From assembly GCA_964188305.1 (NCBI GenBank), contig OZ076894.1: 64,000 bases of DNA, one strand, 5' to 3'. The notes beneath the pieces were generated by a model. It did no database searches. It saw only the letters and a list, made by a program, of their open reading frames with translations, and was not told the DNA's origin. Position 1 is the stretch's first letter. Each line of letters opens with the position of its first letter. This document shows, piece by piece, positions 13,392 to 25,266 of this stretch. The stretch is from Podarcis bocagei (taxonomy: Eukaryota). The position numbers and the translations under genes are program-made.

Positions 13392-14105
13392 TGTGACCAG
13401 GCATCTGGGCCCCTGCAGTTATCCGGCATGGGGACGAGGAGTTGACGCCCCCACATGTCGTCCCACCCATGTCACTGGTGCTAGGCAGGGCCGAGTGTAG
13501 CCCCACTGGGCAATCAGTGCTGGTAGGGAGTGTGGCCGTGGGAAATTTAGCCCTTTTGCCGGATCTCCCAACTCACCCATCCTCTTTTTATGCTTTGCTA
13601 TGACATGACCTTGCTATGGACAAATGTCGGCTGCCATATTGTTGGGGCTGGGTAGGATTTTTTTCCACTTGGCAAATTAGCACCAGCCATTTGGTTTTTG
13701 CCTACCTTGTAGCAATCGCCACAACTTTGTGAGGTTAGGCATTGTGTAAGCCTTTGTTTGGATGGAGAGGAGGTTGTAGCCTCTGCCTGCCCCTCTTCAT
13801 TAAGGGTATCCTGTTAAAGGGATCTGGGGGTGTGGATCCTGTCCGATGCCTGGACGTGGGCTAGGGCCATGCCACGACCCCAACAGGGACCCCTCGGGGT
13901 GCTCCTATTTGATGTAAGTCGCAGGGTTCCCCCTACTGGTGGAGTCCCTGAAGACGGGCAGGAGACGAGATATAGCCTGGCTTCACCCAGTGTCTAGGCC
14001 AAACTGCTCACATCTGTAACCAATAAAGTTGTGGCCTATTTGAACCCTTAACCCTAAATACTCGTGTCCGTGTGTTTATTAATCACTAGGGGACAGAAGG
14101 TCACA
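13392..14105 (+). mobile_element. Unclassified GC-richer repeat; possibly the terminal repeat of an LTR or DIRS/Ngaro-type retroelement
   Basis: Composition shift; ends tgtgacc...ggtcaca are inverted; AATAAA ('caataaagttgtggcc') near the 3' end; no TSD seen. Confidence 0.35.
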
Positions 14106-16079
14106 GGGCCCTGGCACAAAAGTAGTAGCAGTGGTGTGTCCAGTTGCTTCACTGTGCAGCTGCTATATGCTCTGCTTGCCCACACTTGACTTACCACGAC
14201 TTTTCCCCGCTAGTCTCTTGTTTCTTCCTGAGTAACTGCTGGGACATTGCCACAAACTCCATCAGCCTCCCAACTGGAACAAGGGAATGATAATACTGAC
14301 CTGCATTATAAGATGTAAGATTTTACGGAATAATATAATCAAAGTAATCTGAACATTCACAGGAAGCACTCTAAAAATGCTAAATAATATCATTACTAGA
14401 GAAGAATTTTACTGCTCCCACCCATCCCAGAAATGTTCACTAAGAAGGTACTGTGCACAGTTCTTATATTCAGCTTCATGATCCAAGTAAATTCTTTGTC
14501 ACTTCTTTTCTTACACAATAGACAAAGAAGAGGTTCCCATGGAATCCTATGGACCTTGGATTAGGGAGTTGGTATTTTGCCTTTTCAGTTTAAAATGGTA
14601 TGGAAATAATCTTTCAGTTCCTTTCTATTGACTTTGGCAGAATATAGTCATAATATGGCATACGCTCAGAAATCTAGCATAAGTCTAACTTAGTCTAAAC
14701 TTATGAGACATCTCATGTTTTTAATCTTACTGAATACTTACGGATTTACAATTATTATTTATAAGGTAATATAATCTGCCATGTTATTGAATGTAAAAAT
14801 GGTTTCCAACTCTGGAAGGAGGTTTTGATTTCACCATGTAGTTTATAGCTCTCTCCAATGAGGTACATATTGACTGTAAATTCTCCAGTCAGCTGCTTCT
14901 TTAAAGGAAGATGCAGTTCTGATTTGTGGAGGGTTTTCTCATTATTATTCTCTTTGTGTCAGTGCAATTGATCACTTAGCACAAACAGGGCAACAGCCAT
15001 AAATTTTCACTGATGCCGGTCACTGAAACCAAAGCCACACATATCTGAAAAATATAAAAGAGGTCAGCCTATTAGCAGAAATAATATTGGTACAGTTTGA
15101 CAGTCAAATCATAGTCAACAGCATAGTCTGCTCTTAGTTCAAGACATAATGATGTGAAAAAAGAGCCCCTTAATGTGTTATGACTACATCATAGGGTTGC
15201 TGAGGCTGTCCCTGTGTTCACTGGAATGCTGATGTGGTCTTTATGTAATGATAACTCAAAATAAGTTATTAATAACTACTATGCAGAGAGCAAATGGAGA
15301 CTGTCTGAACTAGATTGCAGATTGATATCAGGGAGCTAGATGCATTAATATGCTTTTGAATTACATGGTTTAAAGTGGATTTCCATGTTTAGCCATGACC
15401 CTGGGTTTGCTTTGCTCCCTTTTCTCCGCCTCTTAGATCTTAAATTGACTTTCCTTCCATCTCTTCTTTGCTCAGCTCAAAGCAGAGGTTTGCTGATGCT
15501 GCCTCTGATCTGTTTCCATGCTTCAGTGAATGAGGGCAGGGGAGTGGAAGGAGCACCTTCAGGCCAGATAGACCCCCAAGCCAGATATATGTCCTCCTCC
15601 CTCCACATGAATTGGGGGTCCCCACCTTGGACTGAAATCCACTAATCTCTTCCAAAACAATCAGTGGAAACCATTCATTATAATGGAAGTAAGTAAATGT
15701 AGCTCATTATTGGCAATTACCAATTACCAATATTTCCATTTTGCTAGCTATTTAATATCAAGGGGTATTGAAGTCCCTAAACAACTTGGGACCTGGATAC
15801 TTGCGTCTCTCCCTATGTAGACTTGCCCTGTCACTGCAATTGCCAGAAGAAGCCCTGCAGACATCCATCTGGTGACAATCAGGAAACACCTTTTCTGTGT
15901 TGATTCCTATAAACTGGAATGACCTCTCCCTGAAAATAAAGCATATTCTGCTCTGCTGCAGTTTAGGCACTTCTGACCCACCTTTGATGACTCCTTATTA
16001 TAGTCACTATGTTTTTAAGCTTTTGGCTACCGATTATGTTGTATTGCTCTGTTTTTGTGTAGTGTATATCTTTTTATTG

Positions 16080-16215
16080 CAGGCATAGGCAAACTTGGCC
16101 CCCCAGATGTTTTGAGACTACAGTTCCCATCACCCCTGACCACTGGTCCTGTTAGCTAGGGATGATGGGAGTTGTAGTCCCAAAACATTTGGAGGGCCGA
16201 GTTTGCCTATGCCTG
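16080..16215. mobile_element. Palindromic hAT MITE (136 bp)
   Basis: TIR caggcataggcaaact / agtttgcctatgcctg; 8-bp TSD ttttattg/gtttattg; inverted sibling at 41102. Confidence 0.9.
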
Positions 16216-16263
16216 GTTTATTGTATTGTAATTTATATTTTTACACTACCTGAATACGTTTTA

Positions 16264-16340
16264 CATAGAATCATAGAATCATAGAATCATAGAGTTGGAA
16301 GAGACCACAAGGGCCATCGAGTCCAACCCCCTGCCAAGCA
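16264..16340 (-). mobile_element. CR1 LINE 3' end
   Basis: (catagaat)n tail followed by 'gagttggaagagaccacaagggccatcgagtccaacccc'. Confidence 0.85.
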
Positions 16341-17485
16341 TATAATAGGTGGCATATAAATATTTTTAAATAACTAGGGGCAGCCCACCTGCTTGCTTCC
16401 AGTCATCAATCCCTCACCATTTCCCTCATGGCAATGCCCTAGAGCGTCACCTTACCTGCCCACATAATGACTAAGCTCCCTTTTCATCTTCCCATCCCCA
16501 TTTCTGAAGCAACTAATTTCTTCTGTTCCTTCTTCCACCCACCAAAGGAAAGGGGAGCCTTACATGGCTACCTCTAATAACACAGCTGCCCCTGGCATCT
16601 TGGCAAGAAGGTTGGTTGCAGGCAGACAGGCTCTCCTCAGACCACCTTGGCTCACTTGTTTGCCTCTCCCACTGACTCTCACACACATGCATATGCTGCC
16701 CCCTCCTCTGCCAACTGTGCCTGTGCATAAGAGTACTAGCATGATGATAGTCTTGCATTTTTATCTATATAGGAAAAAATAAATAAGGGTCAAGTGTAGA
16801 GAATTGCCTCATAATTTTTCAAATATATTGCAAATGAATGCTTCATGATTGTTTTCAAAGAGATCTCATTGGTATTTTCAGCAGGTACATTGTAGTCTTC
16901 TTTTTCAAGTTCGGTATTTTAAACAAATTCCAAGCAAACACCAACTGGCAAAATACTAACTTTTAGTTTCCCCATAGACTTTTAGTTTAATGGGAGGAGG
17001 GGTAGATCTGGGAGGAGATGTGTTAACATTCAAGCTAAACAAAAATCTAGCATCCATAACAATATGTTCAGCAATATTTTTAATTTTACTATTAATTTTA
17101 ATAAATCATGCCAATTATTATTATTTTTAAAGAAATGTTCAAGAACTGTTCTATTTGGCTGCTTTTGCCTATATCCTTAATACTTCAGCCTCTGTATCTC
17201 TGAAACATTTCTCCAGCAATTTCAACCTTATGTAAAAGTGAATCTAGCTTAGAGCCTTTGGGTCCTCTTATGAGTCTTTTTTATGTAGTCAATCATGAAC
17301 ACTTGTCCACTGATTACAATAGAGATAAGAAGGTGAGCAAAGAAAAAGGTAGGGAAGAAGGAAATATAAAAGAAGGAGGAAAGCACCAGGGGTTCCTCAA
17401 TATTGCCTCTTTTTCACACTGTGTATTTCTCTACAAAAATTGCTTGTAATATTTATGTTTCACTTGCACAAATTGACTTTTATAC

Positions 17486-17608
17486 TAAGGTTACCAGATG
17501 TCCCCATTTCCCAGGGACAGTCCCCGGATTTTCATATCAGTCCCCATGCAAAATCCATTGAAGTTGAAAAGTGTCCCCAGATTCATTGAAAAAAATCTGG
17601 TAACCTTA
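17486..17608. mobile_element. hAT (Tip100-like) MITE, 123 bp
   Basis: TIR taaggttaccaga / tctggtaacctta; perfect 8-bp TSD ttttatac. Confidence 0.9.
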
Positions 17609-18764
17609 TTTTATACATTACTTTTTCCTTGGTGCTAATTGTATCATCTAAGTATCTATGGCTGTTTGGGCCTTATCTTTCCATTTACACAGTATCTGCC
17701 TCTTAGCAGTTAATGTGTGGGAAGAAATAAAAACAAGTGATGAAATGGATTACTTTAAATGTTTTTTTCCAAAAACAAAACACATACCATTTTGGGAAAA
17801 TCCATATGGATATAATTTAATGCAGCAGCAAAAGATGAAAACTAGTGGTAATTGAGCCACAATGACTTATTTCTCCTTGTTCATTCTTTGGGCCTGCAGG
17901 TGGTGTAAAAGTACCTTTTTGCAGTTGTGCAGCTAAAATGCTATCCCCTTTATATTCTGCTGAAGCTAATGTTCAGTGCCTTTTAAGATTTGTCTTTTTT
18001 AGAATCCTAGAGCGAAGCAGAAATGTTATCAGAATCAAGTCATGAACACCTTGAACAGAGCTAGGGTCAACTCTGTTCATTTTCAGTTAATGTGAAGTGC
18101 ACACACATTGTTAGTTGCAATGTGTGCTTGATGCTATGGCTGAAATACTTGAAAAGCCTTTTTTTTTTGCTCTAGAAATAAACAGTTGATTAGAAGAAGA
18201 TATCATTCCTCTCTAGAACAGAGACCTACTATGCGTACAAGGTCCAAGTCAAATTATATCACATCCAATCCTTTATCTATAGTTTCTTTAAGAAAAATGT
18301 CATTTCTTTGTAACGCATGTGAACAGTCATAATAGCATGAACCTGAAGGATTACAGTGGCTTTCCTTGTATTTACATTAGAAAGCCATGGGCTCTCTGCT
18401 GTTTGTGTAGCCAGTCAATTAATGTCACAAACGTCAATTTACATCTCAGATTAGCTTATCACAGAAGGCTGGATTCACTTACGTTGTTATCAGGCTGCAT
18501 CAGAACCTGATTTGCTTCTTGGGGTGTTGCAGACATTTTAAATATATTCTGCCACTTACAGGAATCCATCTGAAATTCTAAATATAATATTCAGCCTTAT
18601 TTCTCTAGAATGTTGTGCTTTTTATTACATTGCACCAATATTCAAATACTCTTTCTAAAAGAAAAGCATGTTTATAAAGGCCTTGCCAGAAGGGGCACTG
18701 TGGCTTAAAGCAAGTACAATTACTGAGAGCAGTGACATCCTTATGATGTTTTGTCATGATTATC

Positions 18765-19310
18765 ACAGAACATCCAAGTGTCCCTATTTTCCAGGGACAT
18801 CCCTGATTTACAGAAGCCATCCCAGTTTCTGAATTGATCTCATAATGTCCTACTTTTCCTTAGCACACCCCTGTTTTCATCAGATAAATTTTGGAGGGTA
18901 TGGTAAAGGTAAAGGGACCCCTGACCATTAGGTCCAGTCGTGGCCGACTCTGGAGTTCCGGCGCTCATTTTGCTTTATTGGTCGAGGGAGTCAGCATACA
19001 GCTTCCGGGTCATATGGCCAGCATGACTAAGCCGCTTCTGGCAAACCAGAGCAGTGCATGGAAACGCTATTTACCTTCCTGCTGGAGCGGTACCTATTTA
19101 TCTACTTGCACTTTGACGTGCTTTCAAACTGCTAGGTTGGCAGGAGCAGGGACCGAGCAATGGGAGCTCACCCCGTCGTGAGGATTCAAACCGCCGACCT
19201 TCTGATCGGCAAGTCCTAGGCTTTGTGGTTTTACCCACAGCGCCAACCGCGTCCCTATGGAGGGTATGGTAGGATGTCCCTATTTTCATCAGAGAAATGT
19301 TGGAGGGTAT
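18765..19310. mobile_element. hAT-like MITE with tgtccc subterminal motifs, split by a Sauria SINE
   Basis: Repeated 'gtccctatttt' and 'ttggagggtat' motifs on both sides of the SINE. Confidence 0.5.
18906..19257 (-). mobile_element. Full-length Sauria SINE (Squam1)
   Basis: Minus strand begins gggacgcggttggcgctgtgggtaaaacc with a B-box-like 'ggtttgaatcc' and ends in an (ACCTTT)n tail; 14-bp TSD tggagggtatggta (18892-18905, 19258-19271). Confidence 0.92.
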
Positions 19311-19566
19311 ATTATCATAATGTGGCTCTCCTTAATACCCATGTTCAGGTGGTTGCCCTCATCATCCTGACTTCATTGTTATCAGTTTTATGTCCCCTGC
19401 CCCTCTCTATAGTGATTGTCTTTCCTCTCAAGATTCTAAGTAGTCATTGAAGTCCCTGCCAGCTATATTGCTAATGCCCTGATTTTCTTAAAAAGTTCAG
19501 CAGCTGTTATTCGCAGGTCCTTTTGTTTCCTCTCTGTGGTGTCACTTGGAACACAAATGGTATCTT

Positions 19567-19702
19567 CAGTGCTATTTTTCTAGAAAAAGAGGTGCCTGAT
19601 CTCACCATGAACTTCTCCCTTGTTCTCTTAGAATGGCAATGGTACCCATCTGATAGGTGCCACTGAGCTCTGGTGAGCTCTGGTAGGGGGGGGGGAGTCC
19701 TG
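19567..19702. mobile_element. hAT MITE with decayed TIRs
   Basis: Perfect 8-bp TSD ggtatctt (19559-19566, 19703-19710); CAG...CTG ends. Confidence 0.7.
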
Positions 19703-19899
19703 GGTATCTTCAGTCCAAAACTTTGATCTATGGCCCTCCAGGTGTTACTGGACTACAACTCCCATCAGCTTTGACCCTGGGGCTGATGGGAGGTGGAGTA
19801 CATCATCCTCTGTTGGGCCATATTTTCCCCTCCCCCTGATGTACAGCAATATCTTGCCTTCATCCTAAGTACTTTGTGCAGGTTGTGACAGGAAGAGCA

Positions 19900-20078
19900 T
19901 TTGGGGAGGAGCTATAGCTTGCATAAAGCCTCTGGTTTGATGTCTGACGTCTCCAGTTACAGTAAAAGGAAGTGGTAGCAGATGAAGACTTCTACTCGAC
20001 TTCTACAGTTGTCGGTCTGAGTAGTGAATACTGGGCTAGATTGAGAAATATTCTGACCTGCTATAAGGCAGCTTCCAC
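19900..20078 (+). mobile_element. Degenerate Squam3-like SINE
   Basis: Similar to 42331-42501 (tactgggctagat...taaggcagcttcc tail). Confidence 0.45.
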
Positions 20079-20859
20079 AAACAGACTAAGGCATTTGGCA
20101 GTAGTAATAGAGATGTAGGTTGCAGCCCACAAAGAAACATCATCTCAAGTATGTTGCCATAGATTTGCAATGTAGAACCACTTTTAAGACGGCGGTTAAA
20201 ACTCTGCAATCCATTTGTCATCACAGCCCTTTGCTATTATCTTGTTAGGAGTACATGATAGAGGCACTGAATTCAATGAGCTGGCATTTAATTTCTATGT
20301 GCTTTTCATCAACTTACACAACAATCGTACACAGATCTCTTCAGAAGTAAGTCCTGTTGAGTACAATGGTTCTTCCTTCCAGGTAAACGCATGTAGCTTT
20401 GCAGCCTTAAATTATTTTGTTTACCTGTAACATGATGCTGAGGCTTACAGGTTTCTTGAAACTCTCTTGACTTCTTGAATTTGCCAACAACTTCTGACCT
20501 TACCACCTTGTCTGATGATAACACCGATAACATCTAAGTACACGGAGGAGCAACAAGGCTTTTTCTCACCGGAGCCTTTTTCATTTGTTCATATTGAACA
20601 GTGATAGACAAAACTTTGCATCTTGATACAGACAGGGCTGGGTCTTTCTGAGCCATCATAAATTCTCAGAAAATGCTTGCACTTTTGCCAGGAATTGCCG
20701 AAAGACGATAAAGACTCGGCCCAGAGTCTTTGGCTCCTGCATGCCCTTTAGTTTTAACATGAAACTAGTGAAGGAGGCCATCCATAGATATGCAGTAAAA
20801 TGCTCTGAGTCAGTGCACTGAGGACACACAGTTCTAGTTCTCTTTTTCATCAAGTAGTG

Positions 20860-20950
20860 GTGTGAGTCAATGGATATCCTGAACAAGTGTCTGGTGCTGG
20901 ACTGGCTGAGAGCCAATAAACTGAGGCTTGATCCAGATGAAACTGAGGCA
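20860..20950 (+). mobile_element. L2 RT fragment
   Basis: Encodes WLRANKLRLDPDETE, resembling the LINE RT motif W..N.LKLNP.KTE. Confidence 0.55.
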
Positions 20951-21689
20951 GAAGCAGCTTGACCAGAGGGGGCAAAGCTGCAATGTTACTGCTGCTTACT
21001 GGGAGGGAGATGGGCATGGTGAGGCAAGGTGGTGGGGACGTTGGCATGATGATACTGGTGAAGCCAATCTGGTGATCCCACTGCTCTACCCAACTACTTC
21101 GTACCTGTGCCTACCTGCCCCAGCCAGCTCACCCTTGTCCCTCCCAGTAAGTAACATCTACACACCTGCTGAGAAGGTACCATTATGGCTCTGCTCCACT
21201 GGGCAAGCCATTTCTGGAGTTAACAAACAAACAGGGAGCATGGGAACTGCCATGCCTAAAGATTTATTTCTTACAAATCTGGATCAAATATCTAACGTAG
21301 CAATGCCTGCAGTTTGAAGAGGTTGCGTGTGCAAACTCAGTGTGCCAGTGTAAGGAACATACTGAGTTAATTCTCCACTTCAGAAAATAGTTCTGTGAGG
21401 ATCTCTGTAATTCAGTCAGTAACAGAATTCTCAGTTTCCTTGCCAAGATGAAATATCCTGGATTTTGGGAGGGAAATGATGACAGATAAACTTGCATAAA
21501 ACTGATATGCACTCATAGTGTACATATACACTTAAGAGTCATTAACAGTACAATCCTATGCATGTCTACTCAGAAGTAAGTCCCATTGAGCTCAATGGCG
21601 CTTACAGATGTGATTATAGTATTGTAGTCTAAAGATGGGGGGGGGGTGGAACGCGATGACCCTTATGTTGCTTAGGCTGCAATCCTATA

Positions 21690-21931
21690 CAGTGGTACCT
21701 TGGGTTACAGTCACTTCAGGTTACAGACGCTTCAGGTTACAGACTCCGCTAACCCAGAAATAGTACCTCGGGTTAAGAACTTTGCTTCAGGATGAGAAAA
21801 GAAATCGTGCAGTGGCGGCGTGGCGGCAGTGGGAGGCCCCATTAGCTAAAGTGGTGCTTTAGGTTAAGAACAGTTTCAGGTTAAGAACGGACCTCCGGAA
21901 CGAATTAAGTTCTTAACCCGAGGTACCACTG
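21690..21931 (-). mobile_element. pogo/Tigger-type MITE, family A (242 bp)
   Basis: Inverted near-copy of 5200-5441 with TA TSD; inserted inside a short palindromic gctgcaatcc...ggattgtagc element. Confidence 0.92.
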
Positions 21932-22229
21932 TATTGCTAACTTCTGAATAGCCATGCATGGGATTGTAGCATTACAAGAGTACACCACTCCTTAGGTTGT
22001 TACAATGCTTTAAACTCTCTCCCCATCCTATAGTTACAAAAACTTAAAGCTATTTCTGAAGTGGGTCCCCCCCCCCATATTTCTGTGCCATTTCTTTTAA
22101 ATGTGAATGGTCTCAAGGTTGCTTACATGCAATGAAACAACTTAAGCTCTTTATAGATGAATTAGAATAATTTAATAAAATTACTCAAAAGCAAAACAAA
22201 AACAACAACCCACAAAACACTAAAAGCAT

Positions 22230-22735
22230 AGCTCCAGTTAAATGCTAAAATGCCTGGTAGAACAGAGATGTTTTCTCTTGTCTCTAAAAGGAACACAAGG
22301 AAGAACGTAAATGAGCCTTTCCAAAGATTGTGTTTCGCAGCTCGAAAGGGCTCTGCTCCTAGGAGAAGCTAATCTTACTCAAGAAAGAGGGCGCTCAGAG
22401 AAGAACCTCATCAGCAGATCTTAACACCTTTGGGGACTCATATGGAAGAACGTGTTTGCTGAGTTCCCGTCAGTGGCCAGGCTTCACAGGGCTTTGAAAG
22501 GTCAAAACCCATTTTTGAATCAGGCTTAAGGGGAAAAACTTGGTAACCAAGACAGATGTTTCAGAACTAGCGTGATACGTTGTTCTCGCCAGCGCACACT
22601 CAATAACAAGTGTACCAGTTGAAGTCTCTGGACCATTTTCAAAGCATTTCTGGCATTGTGTACCAGTTGTAATTTCTGGACCACATTCAAAGGCAGCCTC
22701 ACAAAGAGTGCATTACCATAGTCCAGTCTTTAGGT
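22230..22735 (-). mobile_element. Degenerate L2 LINE 3' region
   Basis: Reverse complement of 'aaaggcagcctcacaaagagtgcattaccatagtccagtct' gives RLDYGNALFVRLPL, matching the L2 RLDYCNAL..GLP motif. Confidence 0.65.
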
Positions 22736-23844
22736 CAGCAACACTTGCTCACACGGGAAATCCAGCTGCACACATTAAACTCCAGTGCATACATGAACCC
22801 CACTGGATCAGTATCTCTATATGTATCTCTCTAGGGTTGTTTGGAGCTACACGTTATGAATATAAATTACATCATTCCTTTGTTTAGTGCATTGGAAAAA
22901 AACAATAACACATATTGGACAGATTTTTGTAAGGCATAAATAGAAATGTTTCAAAAATGCAGATACATGAAACTGTTCCTCCTCACTTAGACTTTCACTT
23001 GATTTACCTGTGCAAAGTGAACATCATGGCTATTTCTGAATATGCTGTTTGAATATGCTATCAAACACAAAGAAATAGGCAAAGGAAGAGGAACAGTTAA
23101 CTGTGTGGCTTTGCCTCTTGGCATGAACTAGCAGTCAAAAGTGCATATTTATCACAGTGTATAAAAAGCATGTACTTCAGTATGAAAGATGGTAGAGGGG
23201 AAGGTTTCTGCCAAGAAAACATTGATATATGGAGCTGTCCAATGGCACAGATCCCAAGGTCAAGCCACCAGATGTGGGCTGAATGATGAAATGAAGAACA
23301 CTGAGGAAAGATGTCCAACATGACTGCTGCATACTCAGAGCAAAGGGGGAAAATATGAGCAAATCATCTTTTTTTATAGAACCAGGGAGAATGGATAATT
23401 TTAGGAATATAAATTTTGTAGAGGAATACTTGTTCTCAGGTGGTCTGAAAGGAATACACTTGAGAGAAATCTGTCTACGTCACTAAAGAATGCCATACAA
23501 AGCCTCAAAGTGTTATGACCATTGAGATTATTACTCTGTCTAGAAAACCATTTCAGCTGAGTAGATTTTATATTAACCCACTTAAGAATGATAAACAAAA
23601 GGAAACTTTTGCCAAGTACCCATTTCTTTTCATCCTAAAACTTCATGGATCCAAAAATTAAACAATTTTATCTTCTGTTTCTGAACTATAAAATAATTAT
23701 TCTGTGATAAAAATCAACAAAAACAGCCATGGCATAATTATATATCTCTGTTTTCATGCCCAGCCCTCCCCTCCCCACAAAAAATATTGGGTATAGAAAA
23801 CAATTAACACATTAGAAGATGAACTGTCATGTTTTCAATGCCAA

Positions 23845-24275
23845 TTAGTTTCCAGGCCAAAATAAAAGTTCTTCTTTTGATGTATAAAGCCTTAAATGGC
23901 TCAGGGCTGCAATAACTCAAGGACCACCCCTCCACATATGAACCAACCCAGACCCTTCAATCATCATCTGAGACCCTTCTTCTTGTGCTCCCTCCATGAG
24001 AGGTCAGGAGGGTAGAAACACGGGTACAGGTCTTTTCCGAGGTGGCTCTCAGCTTGCGGAATGTTCTCTCCAGCGAGGCTCACCAGGCAAAAACATTCCT
24101 CTTCCCCCAGGCCTTTGGCTACTTAAACAAACTATGATATTTTAAACTGGGGTTGGTGGTATTGTTTTTTGTTTATTAGTGTGTTATGCATTTTTGTGTT
24201 TTTATATTGCAAACCGAGCTGCGACCCTCAGATGATATTTAATAGAAATTTAGTAAGTAAATTAATAAATATATA
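23845..24275 (+). mobile_element. L2 LINE 3' end
   Basis: 'tataaagccttaaatggctcaggg...' (YKALNGSG) followed by a T-rich 3' UTR and A-rich tail. Confidence 0.6.
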
Positions 24276-24697
24276 CATACATTTTGGTTTATTACTAGAC
24301 ACAGGGTCAGCTCCAGGCTTTAGAGACCGCCGGCTCCTTCCTACAACAGGTCTCCTTCCTGGGCTTTCCTGCTGGTGGGACAGGCAGAAGCAGCATGATC
24401 TGCAGCAGATGGCTGCGAGCTGCCCACCATTTTAATAACACAAGTGTTGCTCTGGGTTGGGATATCATAGGCTATTAAAGTAGTTGATGGCTCACAACCC
24501 CAGCCACCCAGTGTAGTGGGTCCTGGAGATAGACTAGGGCCTTAACAACTGCCTGAAGATGCCAATCGCTGATTCTGGCCTTGATTGTATTACATCCAAC
24601 CTCACATTTCTGCTTTTTCTCTTAGTGGAAATCTGTTCTCAAAAACGTATCTGGGCAGACCTACTTCACAGACTTGCAGACATGAATGGGATTGCAG

Positions 24698-24698
<1 letters not shown>

Positions 24699-24756
<58 letters not shown>
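24699..24756. repeat. (ATT)n microsatellite
   Basis: Directly visible. Confidence 0.97.
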
Positions 24757-24757
<1 letters not shown>

Positions 24758-24813
24758 TTTGCTCTAAGGTATATTGAAAGAACTGTAGACTTTACACACT
24801 TTACACTCCAGAT

Positions 24814-25266
24814 CAGCGGCGTAGCGTGAGTTGTCAGCACCCGGGGCAACGCAAGTAATTTGCGCCCCCTAACCCGGGGCAAGGCAAGTAATTTGCGCCC
24901 CCCCTAACCCCTAACCTGCGAGTTGCCGCTGGCGCTGCCGCCCAAACGACGCCGCTTGCCTGGAGGAGGAGGGGGGCAGAGAGGCGAGGAAAATGCAACG
25001 GCCCAGCAGCTGCAGCAGCAGCGGTGGAGGCGGGGCTGTGAGGAGGGGCTGCCTGGCGCGTCCTCCGCGGCGAGCGCTGAGAGCCGCTGCCTGCCGGGCG
25101 CCTTCAGCCCGGACGCGCGCACAGCTCGTCGGTTCCGCGAGACATGCGGCTCCGCTACAGCCTGCGCCCGAGGCTCTTCGGCGACTCCGGAGGCAGCGAG
25201 CGCGCCCCCCCAGATGTTGCGCCCGGTGCGGCCGGCACCCCTGGCACCCCCCACGCTACGCCACTG
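24814..25266. mobile_element. Young non-autonomous hAT element (453 bp) with a CpG-rich interior
   Basis: 15-bp TIR cagcggcgtagcgtg / cacgctacgccactg (one mismatch); perfect 8-bp TSD ctccagat (24806-24813, 25267-25274); duplicated subterminal 'cccggggcaa.gcaagtaatttgcgccccc'. Confidence 0.93.

Noticed and set aside
24887-24916. CCCTAA motifs as an interstitial telomere
   Set aside because: Only three non-contiguous units, all inside the hAT subterminal repeats.
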